Assembly (NCBI GenBank): GCA_045567955.1
Contig: JBJLBX010000031.1
Location: 1-55,454, forward strand
Reading direction: 5' to 3'
Length of the DNA stretch: 55,454 nucleotides
Origin: Candidatus Poseidoniales archaeon
GTDB lineage: Archaea > Thermoplasmatota > Poseidoniia > MGIII > CG-Epi1
Part shown: positions 1 to 8,600 of the stretch, one piece after another
Numbering within the stretch: the stretch's first letter is position 1
Layout: each line of letters begins with the position of its first letter
Notes under the pieces: generated by a model
Database searches by the model: none
Told to the model about the DNA's origin: nothing
The model's input: the letters and a program-made list of their open reading frames with translations, nothing else
Made by a program: the position numbers and the translations under genes

Positions 1-1430
1 TTCTGGGTGCTGCAACAACTGCAGATGACGTAACTTGGTGGGAAAATGATGGGAGTCAAAGTTTTACTGAGAATACTATTGAAGGCGATTTTAATGGCGC
101 AAGAAATGTTTATGCCGTAGACGTAGATGGTGATGGAGATATTGATGTTTTAGCAGCAGCAAATTTAGCAGATGACATAACTTGGTGGGAAAATACAGCA
201 ACATTTTCATTTACACCTACATGGACCTCTCGTTCTGTATCAACATCTCAAAATGGGCCTATTTCAGTTAGTGTAGGTGATTTAGATGGAGATGGAGATT
301 TGGATATTGTAGCTGCAATTGATAGAGATTGTCAGGTTGTTTGGTATGAAAATGATGGTGATCCTACGGATGGAGGTTGGACAACTTACACGGTTAAGGA
401 TTATGATGATCCTGAAAGTTATGAAGGTTGTATGGACTACGTACACTTAGCAGATATGGATGATGATGGAGATTTAGACATCCTTGCTACCAGAGGCGGT
501 AGTGATAGCGGTACTAACAAGGATGCTCTTTTTTATTATATAAATGATGGAACTCCAGATGCAGGTTGGAGTCAAAAAACTATAGTGTCAGGTGATTCTA
601 ATGCTGATGGAGCTCATAGAGTTAAAGCGGCAGATATTGATAATGATGGTGATTTAGATGTTGTTGCAAGTTTCATGATGCAAAGCAAAGTTGCTTGGTA
701 TGAAAATGACGGAAATCCAAATAATGGAGGTTGGACCACTCACGATCTTTTTTCTGAAGTATCAGGTAGATACTCATATGATATTGAAGTAGTTGATATT
801 GATGGAGATGGAGATTTAGATGTGGTTGAAGCTGCAGCAGATTCAGGCAAGATTTTCTGGTTTGAAAATGATGGTACACCTGAAACTAATTCAGATGATG
901 ATTATTGGACATCAACTAAAATCGAGAACGGATTTGGTTGGGCTTCTGATGTAGCTGCAGCAGATATAGATGGAGATGGCGATATGGATGTTATTGGTAC
1001 AGCTTATACAGGAGATAAAGTTTCTTGGTTTGTTAATGATGGATCGCCTGGTGGAGCTAATTGGGTTGCGCATTCTATTGGCACACCAAATGGTCCGATA
1101 TCAATAGTTACAGTTGATTTCGATTACGACGGTGATATTGATGTGCTATGCGCAGCACGTGATGGAGATAAAATTAAATTATATACTAATGATGGCACCC
1201 CAGATGCAGGATGGAGTGCTACAAATATAGCTACTAATGTAGACGAGGTATCAGACATTTTTGTAGTAGATTTAGATTTTGATGGATATCTGGATGTGGT
1301 GGCAGCAATAGAAAAGGATGATGAAATTAATTGGTATGATACTGCAGCAATTCCAGAATTTTCTAATATTTTGATGCCTATTGCAAGTGTATTGGCTATA
1401 GTTGGATTAAATTATCGAAGAAGGCACTAA
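1..1430 (+). CDS. FG-GAP/VCBS-repeat beta-propeller surface protein with PEF-CTERM sorting signal (5'-truncated by window edge)
   Basis: Frame is open from nt 3 (LGAATTADDVTWWENDG...) into the listed 300..1430 ORF. Repeated DxDxDGDxDV and W(Y/F)ENDG motifs. Ends IPEF-hydrophobic stretch-YRRRH. Confidence 0.88.
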   Translation, partial: LGAATTADDVTWWENDGSQSFTENTIEGDFNGARNVYAVDVDGDGDIDVLAAANLADDITWWENTATFSFTPTWTSRSVSTSQNGPISVSVGDLDGDGDLDIVAAIDRDCQVVWYENDGDPTDGGWTTYTVKDYDDPESYEGCMDYVHLADMDDDGDLDILATRGGSDSGTNKDALFYYINDGTPDAGWSQKTIVSGDSNADGAHRVKAADIDNDGDLDVVASFMMQSKVAWYENDGNPNNGGWTTHDLFSEVSGRYSYDIEVVDIDGDGDLDVVEAAADSGKIFWFENDGTPETNSDDDYWTSTKIENGFGWASDVAAADIDGDGDMDVIGTAYTGDKVSWFVNDGSPGGANWVAHSIGTPNGPISIVTVDFDYDGDIDVLCAARDGDKIKLYTNDGTPDAGWSATNIATNVDEVSDIFVVDLDFDGYLDVVAAIEKDDEINWYDTAAIPEFSNILMPIASVLAIVGLNYRRRH

Positions 1431-1518
1431 TACTAAGATTTAGTAATAATGTAGAGTTATTTTTCGCGCTCCAAAGTTATTGGCAATGTATTATATAGTC
1501 CAATTTCAAATTTAACCT

Positions 1519-2592
1519 ATGCTAGAAATAGTATATAGAAACAAAATACAATTTTTTGTTTCATCAATTTTTCTTATGGTGTCTGTAATCTTGATTACGA
1601 TACCCTCAGTCTCAGCTGAAGATCTTGATATTTCGATTACGGACGATATGAAATTTAATCCTGAAGATTTAACTATCAATGTAGGCGATACTGTTACTTG
1701 GACAAATAATGACGGAATGGCGCATACTGCAACTAGTACTGAGGGGCCAGCTTCCTTTGATTCTGGAAATATAGCTGCTGGTGCCACTTGGTCCTTTACT
1801 TTTACTGAAGCTGGAACGTACGATTACAAATGTGCCTATCACAGTTCAATGACTGCCACAATTACGGTTGTTGAATCAGATAGTGGTGGAGACAATGATG
1901 AGGAAGAAGAAGATCATGTCCCTATGACTGATTCTAATTGGTTTAACTGGACAATGAGCGGACCTCACAATTCTATATTAGCTATAACAAACGAATCTCT
2001 GAATTGGACACATTTAATTGTATCTATTTACAATGAAACTGGAGCTTATACGACTCCTTCTTGGTATAATGCTGTTGAATATGAATCTGACTTGGCAATG
2101 AATCATACTTGGCTAGACAACGGAACCTATAATGCAAATATTACATTATATAATTTGGATACTATTTTAGCATATCATAACTGGACATTCCTAATTGAAG
2201 AAGCTACAGAAAATGAGGGGAATATAACTGAGCCAGTAGAGGGTTGTATGGATATTAATGCAATCAATTACAATTCAGAAGCAACCAAAGATGATAGTTC
2301 CTGTGAGTATCCAGAGCCTGAACCCGTAGAAGGGTGTACAAATGAAACGGCTACAAATTACAATTCAACAGTGGAGATTGATGATGGCTCTTGTGAATAT
2401 GCCGATGAGAAGTTGAATTATTGCCCTGATGAAATAACTGATGAAAACAAGGATCTTGTTGAAGAATCTTGTTTGGCTGTTTTTGATGAACCTGAAGAAT
2501 CAAAAGCTGAAGAAAGCAGAGGTTTCTTACCTTCATTATCATTTCTAGTTTCGATTTGTGTAATTGCAATCATAGCATTTAGAAGAAGATAA
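1519..2592 (+). CDS. Secreted plastocyanin/halocyanin-like cupredoxin on a stalk, with two GC-x-NYN-x-DDxSCEY repeats and a C-terminal LPSLSF-TM-RRR anchor
   Basis: Signal peptide ending VSA-E; type-1 Cu ligands HTATS...YKCAYHSSM; acidic linker; hydrophobic tail followed by RRR. Confidence 0.85.
   Translation: MLEIVYRNKIQFFVSSIFLMVSVILITIPSVSAEDLDISITDDMKFNPEDLTINVGDTVTWTNNDGMAHTATSTEGPASFDSGNIAAGATWSFTFTEAGTYDYKCAYHSSMTATITVVESDSGGDNDEEEEDHVPMTDSNWFNWTMSGPHNSILAITNESLNWTHLIVSIYNETGAYTTPSWYNAVEYESDLAMNHTWLDNGTYNANITLYNLDTILAYHNWTFLIEEATENEGNITEPVEGCMDINAINYNSEATKDDSSCEYPEPEPVEGCTNETATNYNSTVEIDDGSCEYADEKLNYCPDEITDENKDLVEESCLAVFDEPEESKAEESRGFLPSLSFLVSICVIAIIAFRRR
2230..2400 (+). repeat. Two tandem 90-bp (30-aa) Cys-containing repeats within the cupredoxin gene
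   Basis: EPVEGCMDINAINYNSEATKDDSSCEY at 2230 and EPVEGCTNETATNYNSTVEIDDGSCEY at 2320. Confidence 0.85.
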
Positions 2593-2622
2593 ACACTTTA
2601 GTCTGCCATCAATAGCCATTCA

Positions 2623-3357
2623 ATGTCTGGTTTACTTGATGGTAAAATTGCAATCGTCACTGGAGGCTCCAAAGGTATTGGTTACAGTATAGCTGAGCGC
2701 TTTACAAATGAAGGAGCTAAAGTAATAATTTGTAGCAGAAATGAATTAGAATTATCAGATGCCGCATCTAAACTAGGATGCGAATCTTATCAATTAGATG
2801 TTAGCGATTCTCAAGGTATTAAATCGATGGTTGAATGGTTTTTAAAAGAGCATGGAAAATTAGATATTTTAGTAAATAATGCAGGCTTGATTCGTCCTGG
2901 AAGGATAACTGATACTACTGAAGAAGACTGGGATCTCCAGATAAATGTTAATCTCAAAGGTCCCTTTCTAATGAGCAATAAATTTCTGCCACATATGAAT
3001 GATGGCGGTTCGATACTCAACATATCCTCTACAGTTGGTCTTAGAGCAATGAGAGGCGCTGCAGCTTATTGTGCTTCTAAAGGAGGAGTTGTTAATTTGA
3101 CAAAAGCGATGGCTCTTGATTTAGCAGGTAAAATACGAGTAAATTGCATTTGCCCTGCAGTTGTTGATACACCTATGGTAGATGAAAGAGTTCAGGCCGG
3201 CAATGTTTCAAGAGAAATATTGGATAATGTTCAACCCATAGGTAGAATGGGAAAACCCGAAGAAATTGCAGCTATGGCGTTACATCTTTGTGGACCTGAG
3301 GCTGAATGGACAACAGGTTCAATCATTACAGTTGATGGCGGTCAGACTGCTGCTTAG
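2623..3357 (+). CDS. Short-chain dehydrogenase/reductase (FabG-like)
   Basis: TGGSKGIG, NNAG and YCASK motifs. Confidence 0.92.
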   Translation: MSGLLDGKIAIVTGGSKGIGYSIAERFTNEGAKVIICSRNELELSDAASKLGCESYQLDVSDSQGIKSMVEWFLKEHGKLDILVNNAGLIRPGRITDTTEEDWDLQINVNLKGPFLMSNKFLPHMNDGGSILNISSTVGLRAMRGAAAYCASKGGVVNLTKAMALDLAGKIRVNCICPAVVDTPMVDERVQAGNVSREILDNVQPIGRMGKPEEIAAMALHLCGPEAEWTTGSIITVDGGQTAA

Positions 3358-3382
3358 ATATAGCCAAGTCTATTGATTTACA

Positions 3383-3667
3383 GTGAATTATTACGACATT
3401 TTAGGTGTTGAAGAGGATGCAGATTCAGAATCTATAAAGAAAGCTTACAAGAAATTAGCTAAGAAATTCCATCCTGATTTAAATCCAAATGACATAGAAT
3501 CAGCTGAAGAAAAATTTAAGAAAATAAACGAAGCTTATCATGTTTTAATTGACGATGAAGAAAGGATTAAGTATGATCAACATGGTTCAGAATATGTACC
3601 TCGTAAAGCCCCAGATTGGCGTCCTGCAAACTATTGGACATACAATACATGGGATTACATACGATGA
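3383..3667 (+). CDS. Small J-domain (DnaJ-like) protein
   Basis: NYYDILGV...HPD...[12 protein letters not shown]...R..YD; no G/F region or Zn finger. Confidence 0.88.
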   Translation: MNYYDILGVEEDADSESIKKAYKKLAKKFHPDLNPNDIESAEEKFKKINEAYHVLIDDEERIKYDQHGSEYVPRKAPDWRPANYWTYNTWDYIR

Positions 3668-5190
3668 GTGAAGAGAACCCAATAGTATCAGATGAAATTT
3701 ATGAAAGAAGATGGATTATTCTTGCTTTAATGAGTCTGAGTTTAATCATTGTAATTTTGAATAATGTAACTTTAAATGTTGCTCTTCCTGAACTTTCCCA
3801 AGATTTGAATGCAGATAACACCGATCTTCAATGGATGGTTGATGCTTATGCTCTTGTTTTTGGAGGAACTCTCCTTGTCATGGGAGCTATTGGTGACCGT
3901 TTTGGCCGTAAGCCAGCACTACAATTGGGTTTGATTATTGTTGCTTTGACTTCTGGTGCAACAGCAATGTATGCCTCTATGTCGGAGCATGTAATTTTTG
4001 CACGTGCAGTAATGGGACTTGGTGCTGCACTTGTAATGCCAGCTACACTTTCAGTAGTAGTAGTCGTATTTCCTTCTGAAGAAAGAGGGAAAGCAGTTGG
4101 AATTTGGGCTGCTATGGCTGGGGCTGGAGCTCCAATTGGACTAATTGTTGGCGGTTGGTCTGTAGAAAATTATGGATGGGAGATGGTTTTTTGGATAAAT
4201 GTCCCTGTTATTTTGGTAGCATTAATTCTGGGAATTTTCTTAGTTCCCAATTCAAAGGATAGTCAAAAGCGCCCTCTGGATTTAGTGGGTTCCATTCTTT
4301 CAATAGGTGCACTTTCATCTATACTTTATGCAGTTATCGAAGCACCAAATATGGGGTGGACAAGTAATGAAACACTTGGAATTGCAGGAATAGGTTTGGT
4401 ACTAACTTTTGCCTTCATCAAATGGGAAAGGAGTACAGAACATCCTATGTTACCCATTAATCTTTTCAGAAACATGGGCTTCACAATGGGATTGCTTGCA
4501 ATTTCTTTAGCATTCTTTGTAATGTTTTCGTTTATGTTTACTCAAATGTTACATTTTCAACTTGTAAGAGGTCATACGGCTTTGGAAGCTGCTATTCGAT
4601 TTATCCCACTTCCAATGGGGTTGATGCCAGCTGCAGCCAATAGTGATAAATTAGTTGCTAAATTCGGAAATAATAATGTTGTTGCTCTTGGTTTAGCTTT
4701 AGTTTGTACGGGAATGTTATTATTCACGACTGTAGAGGTTGGTACCGAATATCTTAGAATAGCATTAACATTTTTCATTCTCGGGCTTGGAATGGGTCTA
4801 ACTATGGCACCTTCAACTACAATGGTTATGGATTCTATTCCTGAAGACAAAGCAGGTGTTGGAAGTGCTACTAATGATGCTAGTAGAGAAGTAGGAGGCG
4901 CTTTTGGAATTGCTATTGGTGGCAGTGTTCTGAATGAAATATATCAAAATAATATAGTAGTTCCTAAAGGTTTAGAGACTTATTCTCCAATTGCAACAGA
5001 ATCATTCCCTGCAGCTATGAGAATAGGCAGCCAATTAATTGGGCAAGGCAATATGCTAGGTTCAGAATTGATTGCGAATGCACGTTTGGCTTTCATGGAT
5101 GGAATGGTAGGCACAGCGATGGTGTCAGCAGTTGTGGCTTTCATTACAGCTATACTTGTTAAATTATATATGCCTGAAAAAACAAAATAA
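3664..5190 (+). CDS. MFS transporter, DHA2/EmrB-QacA 14-TM drug:H+ antiporter family
   Basis: LNVALP, W..DAYAL, GDRFGRK motifs. Start set at ATG 3664, which overlaps the J-domain stop (ATGA). Confidence 0.9.
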   Translation: MSEENPIVSDEIYERRWIILALMSLSLIIVILNNVTLNVALPELSQDLNADNTDLQWMVDAYALVFGGTLLVMGAIGDRFGRKPALQLGLIIVALTSGATAMYASMSEHVIFARAVMGLGAALVMPATLSVVVVVFPSEERGKAVGIWAAMAGAGAPIGLIVGGWSVENYGWEMVFWINVPVILVALILGIFLVPNSKDSQKRPLDLVGSILSIGALSSILYAVIEAPNMGWTSNETLGIAGIGLVLTFAFIKWERSTEHPMLPINLFRNMGFTMGLLAISLAFFVMFSFMFTQMLHFQLVRGHTALEAAIRFIPLPMGLMPAAANSDKLVAKFGNNNVVALGLALVCTGMLLFTTVEVGTEYLRIALTFFILGLGMGLTMAPSTTMVMDSIPEDKAGVGSATNDASREVGGAFGIAIGGSVLNEIYQNNIVVPKGLETYSPIATESFPAAMRIGSQLIGQGNMLGSELIANARLAFMDGMVGTAMVSAVVAFITAILVKLYMPEKTK

Positions 5191-5203
5191 TTTTTTAGAA
5201 AAA

Positions 5204-5324
5204 TGGTCCGTCCTCCCAGATTCGAACCGGGGACCTGTCGGTAACTGCGGCCTCCCGTACTCACGGGTTAAAGAGGGTTAGACCCCTACAGCCGACCGCT
5301 CTGACCAGGCTGAGCTAAGGACGG
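5204..5324 (-). tRNA. tRNA-Tyr(GUA) with 43-nt intron at 37/38 (5243..5285), CCA encoded
   Basis: Acceptor CCGTCCT/AGGACGG (C1-G72, A73); D-arm GCTC/GAGC; anticodon stem GTCGG/CCGAC; TTCGAAT T-loop. Canonical bulge-helix-bulge: C32-U35 pairs with intron GCAG, with 3-nt bulges on each side. Confidence 0.96.
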
Positions 5325-5336
5325 TATTTCTCGCAT

Positions 5337-6677
5337 TTAGTGACCGCTATTTGTTGCTTCTTCTTCCAAATCTTCAAAATTATTAGATTTTAGTTCTAAA
5401 TGAGTGTATTTTTTTCCATACTCTAAAGCTTTGATAATAAAAGTTAAACATAAAATAATCATTATAATTATTAGAAGATAAGAAGTATATTCCCAGAAGT
5501 CACCTTCTAACATGAGAGGCATAGTTGCAAATCCATTCCATAATGCATGCATTGTAAAACCAAAAATATATGCTAAAATCAAGTAGTTACGCATTGGCTT
5601 TTGCATTTGTTTTGAAAAAGCTACTGCGTATCCAATTGCAGCAGGACCAACAGCATGCAAAACTGTAGAGCCAATACCTCTTACAAAAGCATTCAGTGTC
5701 CATGCATCAGATCCATACCATATCAATATGAATAATTCATACAGCAAATTTTCAATAATAGCAAATCCCATTCCACAAGCTACGCCATACAGGACACCTT
5801 CGTATGGTGTTCTTAGTCTTTTAATTACAAATATTAATCCAATAGGTTTCAGAAGTTCTTCTACAAATGGTGCGATTACTGAAACTAAAACAAGTTCAGG
5901 AGTTCCAAAATCACCATTTCCAAATAATGCATTTTGGTCTACGTCAACAATACGTGCTCCTAAATCATTTAGAAGACTAGATGGTAGTGTCGAGAACATT
6001 CCCCAAGCTAATGCAATTAGGACTAATCTTTGTGGTTCTGGCGAGGTTACCGTTCTTGAATATATGTAGCTAACCCATATTAGTCCAGGAAAAGAAAAAG
6101 CGACTAAGAAAGCGATTGGAAAAAGATAGAGAAATGGTCCTCTTTCACCCAATACTGCAATTCCCAATGCTAAAGATAATAAAAATCCAAAGAATAGTAT
6201 TCCTGAATTTGGTAATTGCAGTTCTTGTTTTCTAAAAGACCCAATTTCATTTTTATTTTGTTTTTCTATTTGAACATCATATTCTCTCCAGTTCAAATCT
6301 TCTTTTTCTTCAGACTTATTATAGTGTAAACTTCCAGTTTTTCCACTATGTTGTCCAGGATAAACTGGACGATATTGTTGTTTTTCAGAAGAATCAAAAT
6401 CTTTTTCTATTTGTTTAGCATAAGGCTTACTATTTACAGAAACATATCTTATTGGAGCTGGTTTTCTTTGTAATATTGCAGCCGTAATCAGCCCTCCAGC
6501 AGTTATTAGGATGGTTATTAAGAGTCCCAAAAATGGAATCTCAGGAAGCGTCATTGGCCTTCCATCATTCATAGATATTGGGCCAACAATGTAGAGATAT
6601 GCTAATTGTCCCCCCATAATTAGGAGCACGTTAGCCACTATCAATCCATAAATTCGGAAAATTGCTCGATATCTCAC
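5337..6677 (-). CDS. prsW: PrsW-family intramembrane glutamic protease with N-terminal TM pair and soluble linker
   Basis: EELLKP, GxGFAIIEN, STVLHA and HALWN motifs. Confidence 0.88.
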   Translation of the reverse strand: MRYRAIFRIYGLIVANVLLIMGGQLAYLYIVGPISMNDGRPMTLPEIPFLGLLITILITAGGLITAAILQRKPAPIRYVSVNSKPYAKQIEKDFDSSEKQQYRPVYPGQHSGKTGSLHYNKSEEKEDLNWREYDVQIEKQNKNEIGSFRKQELQLPNSGILFFGFLLSLALGIAVLGERGPFLYLFPIAFLVAFSFPGLIWVSYIYSRTVTSPEPQRLVLIALAWGMFSTLPSSLLNDLGARIVDVDQNALFGNGDFGTPELVLVSVIAPFVEELLKPIGLIFVIKRLRTPYEGVLYGVACGMGFAIIENLLYELFILIWYGSDAWTLNAFVRGIGSTVLHAVGPAAIGYAVAFSKQMQKPMRNYLILAYIFGFTMHALWNGFATMPLMLEGDFWEYTSYLLIIIMIILCLTFIIKALEYGKKYTHLELKSNNFEDLEEEATNSGH

Positions 6678-6699
6678 AGTAGTCTATACAATTCTAAGT

Positions 6700-7653
6700 T
6701 TAAGATAGTTGCCTTATTGCAGTTGTACATTTCTGTTTAGCAATTTCAGTAATAGCTTCCGCATCACCTTTTCCATTATATCCTGCAGCACCAGGATGTC
6801 CTCCTGAAGATCCTCCATTGATTTCGGTGATAGTTTCTAAAATAGTTGTTAAATTTAATCCCTTAGAAACAATTCTATTAGAGGCTCTAGTCGATAGTCT
6901 CATTTCACCTTTTTTGTTTTCCGAAGCCACTAATGCAATATCAGCACCTAGAACGATCATCAGTCTTGCAGATCCAGATTCAAAGGAATTAACATTGCTA
7001 GTAGCGATTATCCATTTCCCTTCTTGCATCCATTTCATTTGTTGTGCAGCTTTCAAGAACGTTGTCTTCTGAATCAATGGCCTTTCACTATCTAAAATAT
7101 TAATCACATCTTGTGGATCCGCTCCAGCATCACACAATTCACTTGCAATGTTGAAGGTTTCACCATTGGCATGTCTGAATTGTCCTGTATCAGTATAGAT
7201 TCCACACATTAGTATAGTGGCATATTCTTTAGTAAGTTTTAATCCTAATTCTTTAATAATTTCAAATACTATTTCAGCAGTACTAGTTTTTTGTGGTAAA
7301 TGAATAATTTCAGTACCGTCTGGCCAATCTCCCATCTTGTTATGATGATCTATTACTAAAATATTTTCAGCATCAGGAAGCGGACCGCAATGTTCAGGAT
7401 TAGAACTATCTAAAGCAATCAAAGTTCCATCCCACTTGTCAGGAGGGCTTTCCAAAATATCACAATTAGCTATACTTGCTACTTTTTGGCCATGAGAGCT
7501 TATTCCATCCGAAGCACAAATAGTTGAATTCTCAAGAACTGAATGAAGCGCTATAGCAGATGATATTGCATCAACATCAGCATGATGATGAACTAAAAGT
7601 AACAATTTATCTTTTAAATTAGTTTTAATTTTATTATTTAGAAGTTTTGTCAT
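6700..7653 (-). CDS. DHH/DHHA1 phosphoesterase (NrnA-like)
   Basis: HHHADVDA, IDHH, GIYTDTG and GGHPGAAG motifs; usual position at the end of the exosome superoperon. Confidence 0.9.
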   Translation of the reverse strand: MTKLLNNKIKTNLKDKLLLLVHHHADVDAISSAIALHSVLENSTICASDGISSHGQKVASIANCDILESPPDKWDGTLIALDSSNPEHCGPLPDAENILVIDHHNKMGDWPDGTEIIHLPQKTSTAEIVFEIIKELGLKLTKEYATILMCGIYTDTGQFRHANGETFNIASELCDAGADPQDVINILDSERPLIQKTTFLKAAQQMKWMQEGKWIIATSNVNSFESGSARLMIVLGADIALVASENKKGEMRLSTRASNRIVSKGLNLTTILETITEINGGSSGGHPGAAGYNGKGDAEAITEIAKQKCTTAIRQLS

Positions 7654-8011
7654 TATTGTCCTGAATACTTTGTAAAACGGGTTCTAATTTAGTTTGCATT
7701 TCAGCAAGTTCAATATTCATTTTTTCAATTTGGTTTTTGAGACTTTTATTACGGATTTCCATTCTTTCTTTTTCTTCATTTAAATCTTCAACTAACATAG
7801 AATTATCATCAATTTTTTTCATTACAGACCCAATAGCTCTATAGAGCGTAGCATTTTCATCAACACCTTTAATCTCTTCTAAAGTTCTTTCTGTTTCTCC
7901 AATAGTCATTTCCATTTGTGAAACTTGTTGGGATAAATTTTGTACCTGCTGTTGCATTTGTCTAAATATGTTCACTTGTTCTTGTACATTTTCAGGTGTA
8001 ATTTCACTCAT
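7634..8011 (-). CDS. pfdB: Prefoldin beta subunit
   Basis: Coiled-coil hairpin with central LYRAIGSVM; operon context. Confidence 0.92.
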   Translation of the reverse strand: MSEITPENVQEQVNIFRQMQQQVQNLSQQVSQMEMTIGETERTLEEIKGVDENATLYRAIGSVMKKIDDNSMLVEDLNEEKERMEIRNKSLKNQIEKMNIELAEMQTKLEPVLQSIQDNNDKTSK

Positions 8012-8231
8012 TTTTTATAACTCCTTCAGCACAATAGGCCCATCCTAAAAAAGAATTAAGGGCAGCTCTCAAGCTAGTAAAATCTTCTGCAATTAAATCT
8101 ATTTTTAACTTTTCACCAGCTTCAAAAACGTTAACATTAACTTTAGGGAGGCCAATTTTTGCTTCGTCAGTCAAAGCTTTCGCAATAGCCTTAGTATTTT
8201 TCCCTGTTTTGAGGCTCACTTGAGCTTTCAT
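8004..8231 (-). CDS. pcc1: KEOPS complex subunit Pcc1
   Basis: AEDFTSLRAALNSFLGW motif; lies between rpoP and pfdB. Confidence 0.85.
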   Translation of the reverse strand: MKAQVSLKTGKNTKAIAKALTDEAKIGLPKVNVNVFEAGEKLKIDLIAEDFTSLRAALNSFLGWAYCAEGVIKNE

Positions 8232-8371
8232 TAATTAGAAATAACAGTTTTCTTAGTAGATGGTCTAATTTTGTAAAAGATCTTCTCACCACAAACACGG
8301 CATGTAAGACCTAAAACTTCTAGGTCCATATCCAGTTTTGTACCACATGAAGCACACTTGTAATTTACCAT
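8231..8371 (-). CDS. rpoP: RNA polymerase subunit P (Rpo12)
   Basis: MVNYKCASC...CRVCGEKIFYKIRP, 46 aa; start set at ATG 8371. Confidence 0.93.
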   Translation of the reverse strand: MVNYKCASCGTKLDMDLEVLGLTCRVCGEKIFYKIRPSTKKTVISN

Positions 8372-8372
8372 T

Positions 8373-8600
8373 TTAGTCCTCCCTTGATGGATAATAAGCT
8401 CCACTAGCAAATTGATAATCACAACTATTACACTTGAATATTCCAGTAGAGATTCGCTTTACATTTACTTTAGAACATGATGGACAGTCATATTTTTGTC
8501 GTTGCTTTTTCTCTACAGCTCCGACTCTTCTACGAACTGAGACACCATATCTTGGTCCAAATCGACCCGTACTTCCGACTTTCTTTGTCCCTTGACTCAT
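8373..8600 (-). CDS. rpl37ae: 50S ribosomal protein L37Ae (eL43)
   Basis: GRFGPRYGVSVRRR; CPSC...WKC-like FKCNSC; FASGAY. Confidence 0.96.
   Translation of the reverse strand: MSQGTKKVGSTGRFGPRYGVSVRRRVGAVEKKQRQKYDCPSCSKVNVKRISTGIFKCNSCDYQFASGAYYPSRED

Noticed and set aside
300-1340. Periodic GATGGTGAT/GATGGAGAT DNA repeats as CRISPR or satellite
   Set aside because: They are the codons of FG-GAP DxDGD motifs in one reading frame, with no constant repeat-spacer structure.
1431-1445. TACTAA-GAT-TTAGTA hairpin after the FG-GAP stop
   Set aside because: Short and AT-rich with no U-tract; not distinguishable from chance.
5243-5285. tRNA-Tyr intron as a box C/D guide RNA
   Set aside because: No recognisable RUGAUGA and CUGA boxes, and it is too short for a two-guide RNA.
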